Program-made: the position numbers and the translations under genes
Shown: one piece after another, positions 1-11,396 of the stretch
Layout: every line of letters begins with the position of its first letter
How positions within the stretch are numbered: position 1 is the stretch's first letter
The notes under the pieces: generated by a model
What the model saw: the letters and a program-made list of their open reading frames with translations, nothing else
Told to the model about the DNA's origin: nothing
Database searches by the model: none
Source: Phyllosticta citribraziliensis
Taxonomy: Eukaryota
DNA length: 64,000 nucleotides
NCBI RefSeq assembly: GCF_038025025.1
Contig: NW_027117345.1
Span: 1,488,001-1,552,000 of the forward strand
Direction of reading: 5' to 3'

Positions 1-174
1 AAGCTCCTCTCATTGAACCATTTACAGTTCAGCTGCAACTTATTTACCGACCTGGAAAGACCCCTCGACAAAGCCACCCTTGCATGCTTCCGAAATATCC
101 CACCAAACGCCAATCATTGCAGTCATCATCGCCCCGGTGATTCCCTGGATCGTCCTCACACCAGACTGGAAAGC

Positions 175-1515
175 CTAGATCCTTATCTCCCGCACGGCCT
201 CTGTGGGTGACGCTTCCTCATCCAGTTTCGTTGTCGAAAAGAAGGCGCTCGCTCGCTTCGACCATGATCCGTTCAATTCCTTGCTCCCTTCCCTGCTGCT
301 GCCGCTGCCAGTGTCATACTGGATAGGCGAGGGCGCAAGGAATGGAAGATGGCCGTTCTGCTCGGTGTAGCGCATAACACCAAAAGCAAGGATGATGGAG
401 AGCCAGTACAGGTTGTATGAGATGACGGACCCGTAGGTAGCGGAATTTTGCCAACCCAAGATCGCGTTGAAGATGCCCCAGCCGCCACCGCCGTTGATCT
501 CTGGGTTGCAACACTGGACAGTTGTTAGCGCGTTGACCCGGTTGTACGTCGATGCTGTACTTACATTCACATGCCAAACGCTTTGCCTAATGTCGTATGA
601 ACCTGGTCCAGAACCATTCTCGGCAGCATCACCCCCTGTCAGTTTAACCCAGGTGTGCTGCTGAAAGCTCCACACAGCTTTTGAAAACAGACCGGCAGCC
701 ACCAAATACAGGAGGCACGTCGAAATGACGAGGAAGATTTGGAGAGACGTTTCGAGTCCACCTCTGGTGGTTCTGGTCAGCTTGCATCTTCGATTCCATG
801 AGAGACAACTCACCTGTAAATCAAGTAGCCAATCAAGCAGCCAGCAGTCAATCCACATATGACGGCCAATGGGAAGCTCTCGGCAGGCAACCCCAGACCA
901 ACGCCACCAATGAAGACGACCGCTTCGAGCCCCTCGCGCAGGACGGTTACGAAGGGGAGGATGAACATGGCGTACTTCTCGGCCCACTGCTTCATCCGAG
1001 TGGCGGCAGGGTCTTTGCGATGATCCCTTGCCTCGAGGGCCTTTGCAAGCTTGACCTTCCACTTGTCCTGCAGCTTGGAGACGCGCAGGAGGGCAGCGCC
1101 CATGATGGTGATGATGATGGCGGCGACGAGGCCGAAAACGCCCTCCCACAGGTCCTCGGTCTTTGAAAAGTACTCCTTCCCGAGGCCGTAAAAGGCGCCA
1201 ATCATGCCCGCGCCGACAACGAGGCAGATGGCCAAGCCCAACCCTACTCCGAACCATACCTGCATCAAAGTCAGTCAGATGAGAGCGATTGAAGGGAGGG
1301 AAGTACTTGCCTGGCGAACCAGTTGTTTGTGTGTTCTAGGGTCATGATCGCCGAGGGACTGCTTGAGAAAGGAAAGCAGAACGGACACGATGATGCTCGT
1401 CTCCAGGCATTCGCGCATGCAAATGAAAAAGACTGTGGTGGTAAATTAGCAGCAGCAATACAGACGGCAGAGGTGGGCAGAGAGGTTTACTGGGCACGGC
1501 GAAGACGTTGACCAT
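175..1515 (-). CDS. FTR1: High-affinity iron permease (FTR1/FtrA family), multi-exon
   Basis: Spliced translation begins [19 protein letters not shown] (first REXXE motif). ORF 810..1268 carries the second motif [11 protein letters not shown], and the C-terminal exon has [31 protein letters not shown] introns join the ORF pieces. Confidence 0.96.
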
Positions 1516-2184
1516 TGTGACGGCTTAGGCAAAGGAGGCAAAGGCGAAGGTCATGGCATGCACGGTGCAAACAAAGTGGAGAGAACGAGGGGCACCTCTT
1601 TTTTAAGAATAGACACGTCTGGGAGCAGACTACCAAGGTAACCTGACTTGACTGCAGGGACTAGCCGGGTCTGTGCTCTCGAAGAGGGAAGCTTGGCCTA
1701 AGGCTTGGTTTGGTGGTCCTGTCCTTTTGGCTGCACTTCCTCCTTCAGCTGCTCCCCCCCCCACTTGCAGCGACGGACTTCTCCACCCTCGTCTCCACGC
1801 CGGATCGTCCGCCTGAGATGCATCCTGCGAGCTCATGACCATCGACCTGGCCTCGTCGTCGCTCACCACCCCCGGCAAAGTCATGCACGCCTCGAGCAGG
1901 TGGGTGCTTTTTAACAGGCGGCTGGATGCGCGGCACCCTTCCCTGTCCCGCCCGCCACCGCCAGACTCCAGCCAAGACGACGCCCAAAACGAAATAAAAT
2001 ATCTCGCCCTCGACAGAAGCCGGCGCGTCAAACTCCACATCGGGCCAGGATTGGAATGCGTCACGAATCACAATCCTGAGCCACCAGACCGGGGCCTGCC
2101 GTGTGTCAAGTCTGAACCGCCTCAGCCGTGCTCCCGTCCCGCTCGCCGCCCTCTTTGTTTGGAGGCCCAGTCTTTATTTGCTTC

Positions 2185-2193
2185 TTATCAGAT
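2185..2193 (-). promoter_or_regulatory. SreA/Sre1-type iron-repressor GATA site (ATCTGATAA) in the FTR1-FET3 bidirectional promoter
   Basis: The plus strand reads TTATCAGAT, which is ATCTGATAA on the minus strand, an exact match to the ATCWGATAA consensus, and it lies between two divergent iron-uptake genes. Confidence 0.7.
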
Positions 2194-2485
2194 GCCTATG
2201 CCCTCCTTTTTCTTCTTCGCCGAATCTCGTCCAGCTGGTCAGCCCCGAGCTCCTGCGTTTGCTACCATCTCGTCCGCATGGCTGACGCGCACCAAGACTA
2301 AATCCCACCCGTCATATCCTTCAATCACATCACGCCGCTCCCACGCCCCTCCGCATCCCTTCTTGTTCTAGCTCCAAAGGTCCTCTCGCTCCATCTAGCA
2401 GCCAATGCGCCGCATTGCTGCAAGTATATGAGGTCTACCCTCCACTTTTCCTATCAGAGCACGGGTCTGCTCCACTCCACTCATC

Positions 2486-4633
2486 ATGGCCCCGTTTGTA
2501 CTCTTCCTCCTCGCTGCTGCGCTCTGCGCAAACGCTGCTTCGGTGACCTTTGACTGGAACGTTACTTGGACCACGGCCGACCCTGACCGCCAACACAAAC
2601 GTCAGGTCATTGGCATCAACAATCAATGGCCCCCGCCACCAATGGTCGTCACCAAGGGCGACAATGTCATTGTCCACGTTAACAACCAGCTGGTCAATGA
2701 AAGCACCAGTCTGCACTTTCATGGCATTTACATGACTGGGACACCACATATGGATGGTCCTGTTGGCGCCTCTCAGTGCGCCATTGCCCCAGGCAGCAGC
2801 TTCACCTACAATTTTACCGTAAGTCATTGCATCAGGAAGTAGACTCGCTTAGCTCTAACATGCTCAGGCAAACCAAACCGGTACCTACTGGTATGGACGC
2901 TGTCCGACTTTGAATCACGGGATTGCTAACCCCCGCCAGGTACCACAGCCATGTTCGTGGCCAGTACCCAGATGGACTTCGGGCTCCTTTGATTATCAAG
3001 GACCCAGAACATCCATACAAGGACCAATTCGATGAGGAAGTTGTTCTTACGCTTTCGGACTGGTACCACGACCGCATGCCTCAACTTCTCAAGAGCTTCT
3101 TGAGCGCAACAAACCCGACTGGCGCTGAACCTGTTCCCAATTCGGCTCTCATCAACGAAACGCAAAACCTCACTTTTGCCATGAGCCCTGGGAAAAGGTA
3201 CATGTTCCGCATTATCAACATGGGCGCTTTTGCTCCGCAGTATTTCTGGTTCGAGGGCCATACCATGAAGATTGTCGAGGTCGACGGGATCTACACGGAT
3301 CCAGCCGAAGCCGACAGAATCTATGTCACACCCGCTCAGCGATACAGCGTGATTATTGAAGCGAAAAATGACACAAACTCCAACTTTGCTTTTGTCGGAA
3401 GCATGGACGAGGTGGGTGCTGCCGTGCAACATTGATCGGCTGTGGCTGACGGGGCGCAGGAGCTTTTCGATACTGTCCCATCGACGCTGAACAACAATGT
3501 CACGGGTTGGCTCGTGTATGAGCCAACCAACAATTTACCAGCTGCGCAGGTCGTGTCGGACTACGATGCTTTCGATGACTTCAAGCTCGTACCCCAGGAC
3601 AAGATGAAGCTTCTCGATCAAATTGACCATTCTTTCACCCTCAACATGAAGATGGACAATCTTGGAGATGGCGCAAACTAGTAAGATCCTTGCTTGAAAA
3701 AAGCATTTAGGACTATCGCTGATCAACACAGCGCCTTCTTCAACGATGTCACCTATGTGGCGCCCAAGGTCCCGACGCTGTATACGGCCCTGACTTCCGG
3801 AAACTTCTCAACCAATGCCCTTATCTATGGCAACAACACCAACGCTTTTGTCCTCAAGGAGGGAGAGACGGTCGAAATCATTCTCAACAACAATGACCCA
3901 GGAAAACATCCATTTCACCTCCACGGGCATGCCTTCCAAGCCGTGGTCCGCTCTGCCGAAGGCGCTGGCAATTTTGCCAATAATGAGACTGTCCCCGAGG
4001 TCCCAATGCGGCGCGACACCTTCCATGTCCGGCCCAACGGAAACATTGTCCTGCGCTTCCGAGCCGACAATCCTGGAGTCTGGCTCTTTCACTGCCATTT
4101 GGAATGGTGAGTACTCATCCTGCAACTTATTTGCTTATTCATGCAGCAGCGAGGGAGTGCATTGGGCCGCCACAGCGCCACTGTGCTCCCATGCTGCACG
4201 ACATGTTTGCCCGCTTGTCCGAACCCATGCCTAATCTAGACCGCGTCTGACTTTGGACAGGCATGTCGCTTCCGGTTTGATTGCGACTATGATCGAGTCC
4301 CCTCTGCAGCTTCAATCGCTCCTTGACGGCGGCAAGGCCATTCCTCAAGACCATTACGCCGCTTGCGCCGCCAATGATCCGCCTGTCCCCACTGCAGGCA
4401 ATGCGGCAGGCAACACTGTCGACTTGCTCGACTTGACAGGCCAAAACACGAGTCCCGCACCTCTTCCTTCGGGTTTCCAAACCAAGGGATGGGTAGCATT
4501 GGCGTTCAGTGCGCTCAGCGCCTTTCTTGGCATGGCAGCCGTTTGCTGGTACGGATTGGCACCGTTGAAGGGCGCAACGGGCACAGGGTGGGTGGCAGGG
4601 AAGGGTGTCAACTCTTCGGAGAGGCTAAGGTAG
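2486..4633 (+). CDS. FET3: Multicopper ferroxidase (Fet3/FetC), multi-exon
   Basis: Signal peptide; copper motifs [17 protein letters not shown] and [10 protein letters not shown] (split by intron 4107-4260); [13 protein letters not shown]-terminal TM helix; divergent from FTR1. Confidence 0.96.
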
Positions 4634-7600
4634 GAGATTGATTGGACAAAGAGGCCAGGTAGGGAACAGGAAAGAATCACCAGCTGCCACGCTGGTGGGT
4701 GACGATGATGACAGGGCCCGGCGCAAAAGACGTGGTGCTCATATCGACATGGACTGTCGACACCCAGATTTGCTTTCATTGACGAGCGATTACGACACTA
4801 TCGGCAAAGGCGCATATGGTTCAGACGATTGGCGGTCCGGCGATCTGCATTTCCACTTCCCCTTCCAATTTCTTTTCTTTTTTTTTTTTTTTCACCCTCG
4901 CCGCTGTATCATCACTTCTTCCCCCAAGACGGCCACGGGCAGGGATGCCAACGAGCCGCCCCTCATCCATGCATACATGCATACTCGGTCATTCAATTCT
5001 ACTGATCCTATTGTCAACCACAAAAGAGATAGTTTAATATTGGGAAAAAAGCGCATCTAGCCTGTACAAGCTATCATCAAGACCATCTCTTGATTTCAGA
5101 CATTTACTCCATCCTAATCCTCATGCTTCTCATTCAACCGATTTCTTATCACTTTCCCTTTCCCTAGAGACCACCGCTCTCACGGAACCCCGTCGAGGTA
5201 GCAACCCGGCAAAAATAGCATCGCTCTTTCAGGCCACCTACAGGCATCAAGCAGCCAAACAAGCGGGCCGGCTCCTGGCCGCCTAGGCACTATTTTACCC
5301 TCACAACCCCAGCGACACCCCAGCCCGCGAACTCACCGCAACCCAACCTAAAATCCATGCAACGCGCACTCTTTTGCATGCGCATTTCAAGCATCGCCTG
5401 CCAAGACATCCCTGCTACGGTCGGGTATCGCCTGTCGGGAATCTCGTGCGTGCGAGCCGCGCCGGCTAGCACGAGGGAGAAGGCATTTGCTTGATGAGGC
5501 GCTCGCGCTTGAAGAGACGACGACGACAACAGCGATGACGAGACAGCACCGGGACCGGGACCGGGACTTGGGATGCTGCGGTTGGGCCCGACCGCCGCAT
5601 GTGTCGCCGCGCGCTGAGCTATTTATGTAGCACGGTGTCAAAGTTGGTTTTGCTCCGACTGACTGGCTGGCTGGCTGCAGGTGTTGGTCGATGCGACTGC
5701 GGCTGTTGCTGGATACGATGCGAGTGAACCCAGATGTCTGAACTTGATGGCTGGGATATGCGAGGCTTGCTTCGATGCGGATCGCGGGATGGTCAAGAGA
5801 TGGATATGTACCTCTGAAGTATCTGTCTTGTGCACCATGTTTCTTCCTTTTCTTTCATCCTTGACATTTGGCTATATCTTTTGCTGTATATCCACGCTTC
5901 CGCAGGCACTGCTAAATCTACATCTTCGTACGCAGCCATCTTTTCCCCGTCTCTCACCCCGTCGGTTGCATTTCCTCCAGAAACCGTCAGATGCTAGCCA
6001 CATACCCACTATACCCCGCCTATAGTAGCTGTCCACGCACAAGACGCATGCATCTTCTCCAAGCGAGTCGGGCGTCCGTGTTCGCTCGCTTCCCTTGAGC
6101 CTTCTCCAATGTTCTTTCGTTCGCTCGCTGGCTCGCTCTTTCCTCGCTGCCCGCACCTCACCCCATCATCCGTCCGCTCCACTCTACTGCTCACTGCAAT
6201 AGGCAAGCCCAGTTAGCGGCTTGGCCTGCATGCCTCCAGACATCGCTGTACGGCAGTAGACCGGACACAGGCACAGGCACAGCACACCACCCACCGCCAA
6301 ACCCCGCCAGTGGCCAGCCAGCTAGCCAGCAGCAGCACAGCCCGCAAGAAGCCGCCAGAGCACGTGGAAGACATGACGGCTGTACTGGTGCTCGCCTGCT
6401 CTCCTGAACCAATTCATCCGGCCCGGCCCTCCCATCTCGATCTGCGTTGTAAGACGTCTCGCTGGTAGGGTGCGCCGCCCGTCCTCGATCGGCGATGGAC
6501 GAGAAGAAAGGGGGAGGAGGTTGGGAAGACGAGATCAGCGCAGGTTCGCGTCGCGTCGCGCCGCTTCGCGCCGACCCGGATGCGCAGCTGCGTTGTGCTG
6601 GCTGGGGGGGTGGCGTGGGCTCAGTGGAGAGCAGTGAGCGAGGGGAACGAGGAAGAGGCGGTATTTGTTGGCTGTCTGTTTCACGCGGCGTTTCAGCGTC
6701 ACGGGGGCTGGGTTGAAGAGGGCTGCGGGTAAGGTAGGTGATGTGGTGTTGATGGAGGGGCAAGTGAAACAGGGGTTGGAAAGGGGAGGTTGGGGGGGAG
6801 GTTGGTCGATCTTTGGAAGTATCGCGGATGAAGTGAGTGACGGTAGGGGATTGGTCGAGAAGGTCGAACGGTGCCTGGGGTTTGAGAGGTTGTTACCTTG
6901 TGGGTATGGGAGGGGGAAGAAGCGACAGGTGACAAAGTTTTGTTTCTTCCCCTTTCTCTGCCCCCTTGGTGCCAAATGTACATCACCTAGCCGCTGACGT
7001 ACCTACCTTCCCTTTAATCACATGCAAAGAGGGATGCCTTGGGGAGGAGCTTTTGCCCCTTGCACTACCTTTTGAAGGGCTGCCCCCTGGTTGCGTTGTT
7101 GCGCTACCCCTGTCGCTTTCTCTACTGCCTCTCAGCCTTTCCCTGAATTCCATTCCCTACGTACATGTGCTGTTAATTGAAGAGATGAAATACTCCTCAT
7201 CATCATTAGTAGCTTAAGCGTGAAGGCTGATTTCCTGTTCTCCGTCAGTGACACGAATCGGCCATGATTGCCCCTTTTCTGTCTTGACAAAAAATGGCAC
7301 TTCTCCCTCCTGAGCCTCAGTGTGTCTCCACCCGCTGTTAGCACACTCTCTTGCGCTATATCCCCGTTTTAATCGGCGTGCGCATCACATCTGGGCGCGC
7401 AGCTCATCAACTGAGCCTCGGTACACAGCCGGCTGTCAAGTTTTCCATGATGGTCTCCGCAGAAACAGACGCACATACATCCTCTTACAAACCCATCAAG
7501 CGCTGCGCCGGGTCTGAAATTCTTGCACATCAAGAAGACAAACAGACCATACGCATCCTCCACCAACAAGTCAAAATCACCACACAGTCTCGCCCTTCAC

Positions 7601-9760
7601 CGTCCATTAGCCAAACCAGAAAAGACATACATCTTGCTCTGTAGGCAGGCAAGTAGACAGACACGCAGCAAGACAGCCACGTGTACACACGCGCGTCCCG
7701 CAATGACTATGCTTCACTCTGCCACGCAAACGCCACGCCACTACACCCCAGCACGCCACTACACCCCAGCTAAGCCCAACAGCCGCAGCCGCCCAACGGT
7801 CGTCGTCCCTGGTCGTCATCGATGGGCGACCATGCGGCACCATTATCACCACTGTCGTCATCGTAGGCAGCAGCAGTAGCAGGTGGAGGCCACGTCCACT
7901 CTTTGGCAGTCTGGTTTCTCGCTCTGATATCTCGCTTAGGATGGCTCATAGCTAGTTTGGCTGCGTGTCGTCGTTTACCCCCCCCTTGCCCCTTTTCCTT
8001 TTCCCTTTCCCTCGCCGTCCCTGTCGTTCTGGGCCGGATTTATTGTATCGTAGCTGTTGTACAAGGAGGCAAATACTCGTGTGCGCCTCGGCTTGTTCCA
8101 ATGCGGTTGGTTTTCCTCGACTCAATCGACTCGGTTCGATAGAGTATGCTCGACACGGGGCTGTCTGATAACTAGCATATTGCGGTTGCTGCTGCTGCTT
8201 CCGCCGCCACTGCTGCCTGCCTGCCTGCCTGCACCAAGCCCCGTCCATCTTGCTCAGCTCCGCCAGGGCTGAAACTTGAAACGGAATGTTAGTGCAGGCA
8301 TGAGGCATGCAAGGAGAGGACCAGAGGAGTCTGTCAGATTGTTAGATACGCAGGCTAGTGAAGGCAGCAAGAAACAAGAGGGCATTGGAGGGCCCGGAGA
8401 AAGAGGTTACAGTGGTCGAAGTCAGCCGCGTAGTCATCGTGTGTGTGAAATTGCTGATCACTGACCTTGACTGAGAGAAAAAAACACGTACATACCTTCA
8501 TTCATTGTCGTTGTGAGCGGGTGACGTTACGATCGTGCCGTAGACGCAGGCAGATGTTGTGGAGATAATCAAGACTGCATTGCACAAAAATTGCAGCGCC
8601 AACAAACATCTACTGCTTCCGCAAACCGCAATCTGAACGCTTCTTGACCTTCTCCTTCAAATTCTTCCTTCTTCTGGTGAAAATTGGTCACTCTCGAGTA
8701 CTCTAGCTCGCGACATAAATCTTGAATGCTCCTACAGTCACCTGCTGAGGCGTATCAATGCGCCCCACCAACTCCAAGTTCTTTCTCTCGTGTAGCGCAG
8801 CTTTTGGTGCAACCATGCCGTGGTCGGAACGGAGAAGGTAGCCGCACCTAGCAAGACACGCTCGAACTCACTGACAGAGTGGCCGTTGCCTTGTCTTGCA
8901 TGACGACTCGAAGCGATCATGTAGCAGGAGGCGGCCAAGCTTGTCGAATTAGAGTTGCTTCGGCAGGTAGAGCAGCCATCCGAAGTGCGAAGATTGTCTG
9001 AACTGAGCAACTCATCTTTTCGTGGGCGAGACTGCAGATATCAGCCGAGGGGAAAGTTTGAGAAGAGGTTATCACAGTCCATCAACTTGCACAGCGACCG
9101 TGTCATGTGAAAGATTGGGGGACCAGACAAGGCACGCGTGAGACACTGAAAAACGAGAACACATGAGACTAGGAAAGGAGAATCCGCATGTGGTATCTAT
9201 CCTGATCGCTAAACTGACGTTTTGACAATGAAACCGTTTTTTTCATGAGCCGCCCATTGCCACCAGCGGACTGAGAAGTTGCCTCCCCAACGCCGCAAGA
9301 CACAAAAGAGGAGAAGAGTTGTTGTGTCTGATTGATTGCTTGCTTGTTGCAGAAAAATGTGCCGTTACGGCGTCCCAGTGCAGTGTCGTCCGCTTCCGAA
9401 AACGATGAGCGCCATGTATGATGGATGAGAGTAAGCTGACAAGGCCACCGTCGCCGCCTTGACGGCCAGCCGTGGCAGGCTTCGCAAACAGGAGTAGGAG
9501 AAATGAGGCCATTGCCGGGCCTGGATAATCGACGCAAACAAAATCCAATCCAGCCGTACTTAGCAAAATCTGCAGCCCAATGCTAAAAAGACAACACAAA
9601 AGAAGAGACGCAATGAGAGAGAAAAAAGACTGTGTTGACGCCAATTCGCCATGATCGCCGAACGCGACTCCGAAAGGAAGATTCAAAAAGATGAAAACGA
9701 GTGCAACGATATCAGTTTTTGACACAAAATGTACAGGAGGGTAGGAATATTTCGTCAAAT

Positions 9761-11396
9761 TCATGAGCGCGAGCCCCGGGTATCACTGCGTCCCCGCCTC
9801 TCGCTGTCTTCGGCAATGGCAGCGTCGTAGGTGGGTATAGGGGGCTCGTAGCCTCGGTGGCCGAGGAGAGGGTTGTTTTCCTCGTGGCTGAGATGTTCCG
9901 TAAGCGGACTGCCATGGGGCGATTCGTACTCGGGCGGTGCTTCGGATGGTCCAATTGGGGGAATGTTTCCGTATTGGGCGGTGAAGGCTGCTTCAGAGGC
10001 TACAGCATTGCTCGTGCCTTCGCCCACGTCGCCTTCGTTCGAGTCCACAAGACTCAGCTGGGCGAGTGAGATGTCGGTAGGAGATCGCTGAGGTCCAGGG
10101 CTAGTGGGTTGGTTTCTGCCCACTCGGACCTGTTGACTGCCACTGCGGCGGTGTGCGTATCCAGCCGCAATGTAGCCCATTCCCTCGCGCACACCTTCTC
10201 TTCCGCCCTCGAGGAGAATACTGCCCTGCTCACTTCCGTATGGTGGCGGTGGCGCCAGCGAGCCAGTCATTGGCGCCAAACCCCATTTCTTTACATTGGC
10301 CTCGATGAAAACAAAGCCCATTTGTCCAAAGTTCACGTGCACCTGGCACGGACCGTTGGCACCGATAGTGGGAAAGAAATTCTGAGCCTTGAGGCCATGC
10401 GCAACATCTTCGAGCTTCTTACCGTTGCGCGTGAAGAAGATGGTGCCAGTTCGGGGGCGGTAACCGACGCCGATGACGTCGCCCTGAACATAAGTCGGCC
10501 CGTAGGGCGTACCGGTAAAGGGCTGGTTAAATCGCCTCGTGCCGTGTGAAGTGTATGCAATGGAAGTCCTGTGATAGCCTGCTGACAATTAGCCGAAACA
10601 CGGGTTGAGGCGAAGCGAAATCAAGCATACCTGGAAGTCGAAAGAGGGGGTACGGCTTAGTGGTCAAACCGATACCAATCGTCGTCGATTCCGGCTTATC
10701 GTAAATCTTGGCCTCCCAGTAGTAGACCTCGTTTTGCTTGGGGATGGGGAGGTTGCTCTGCACGCTGCACTCGGAGTCGAAAAACTCAACCTCGGTGCGG
10801 CCTTCGACAAAGCAGTTGGCGATCTCGAGCTCGGGCTCGAATTCCCAGGCTGAAACTCCCTTCTCCTGGATCGCCAGGAACTGAGACAAGGAAATGTCCG
10901 TTTGCGCGGATTCGGGAGGGTTTGCTTGTATGAATGCTAGAGGCTCCAGTCAGCGCCGATTTGGAATGCGACGTGGGGATAGCAACGACGTACCTTTTGC
11001 TCTTAGGTATTCGGCGCGCTGGAGATCGTCCATGTCCTCCAAGGCCTCTGCCTCTTCTTTTAGAAATGCTTGCTCGTCATCGTATTCACCGGGCCTGCCT
11101 ATTCGGTCGAGAAAGATGCGTCCGTGAGATGTGTACTTGAAGAAGTAGATGATTGCGAAAACGATGGCGACGAATGCGGCAGAGCCAAAGGCTGAGAGCA
11201 TGCCCACCAAGATGCCCTTGCCCGTGGAGCTCATTTGGCTGGCGTTCATGGACAGGTCGCCGTTGGCGGGGAAATGCATGGCGGTCGGCTCAGAGGCGAC
11301 AAAGGGCGGCGACGAGACTTTGGTGGGATGCGAGGGACGGAGGTGGGTGGACGAGGTGGAGGGCGGCGGGAGGAAGTGGGGATCGGGGAGTCGCAT
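9761..11396 (-). CDS. SSH4: SPRY-domain Rsp5 adaptor membrane protein (Ssh4/Ear1 family), 3 exons (about 11396-10994, 10936-10631, 10578-9761)
   Basis: N-terminal TM segment; AIQEKGVSAWEFEPELE; YYWEAKIYDKP...TKPYPLFRLPG; GDVIGVGYRPRTGTIFFTRNGKKLE; PY motifs PPPY and PPEY. The start codon could be a downstream ATG. Confidence 0.92.

Noticed and set aside
800..1257. His-rich N-terminal half of the 360-aa ORF 175..1257
   Set aside because: Alternative reading frame of the FTR1 exon; only the downstream part is real coding sequence.
5488..5516. Hammerhead-like TTGATGA-stem-GAAG
   Set aside because: The core deviates from CUGANGA and GAAA, and stems I and III are absent.
8410..8470. Possible C/D snoRNA on the minus strand (GTGATCA...CTGA)
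   Set aside because: Degenerate C box, only about 50 nt long, and no recognisable rRNA guide.
8550..9010. Short protein-like minus-strand frames (for example IQDLCRELEYSRVTNFHQKKEEFE)
   Set aside because: Fragmented across frames and not assignable to any family without a search; possibly a decayed gene.
9243..9764. 173-aa hydrophobic ORF abutting the SSH4 stop (ATGA overlap)
   Set aside because: Composition reflects a T-rich 3'UTR, there is no recognisable motif, and translational coupling is unlikely in a fungal nuclear gene.
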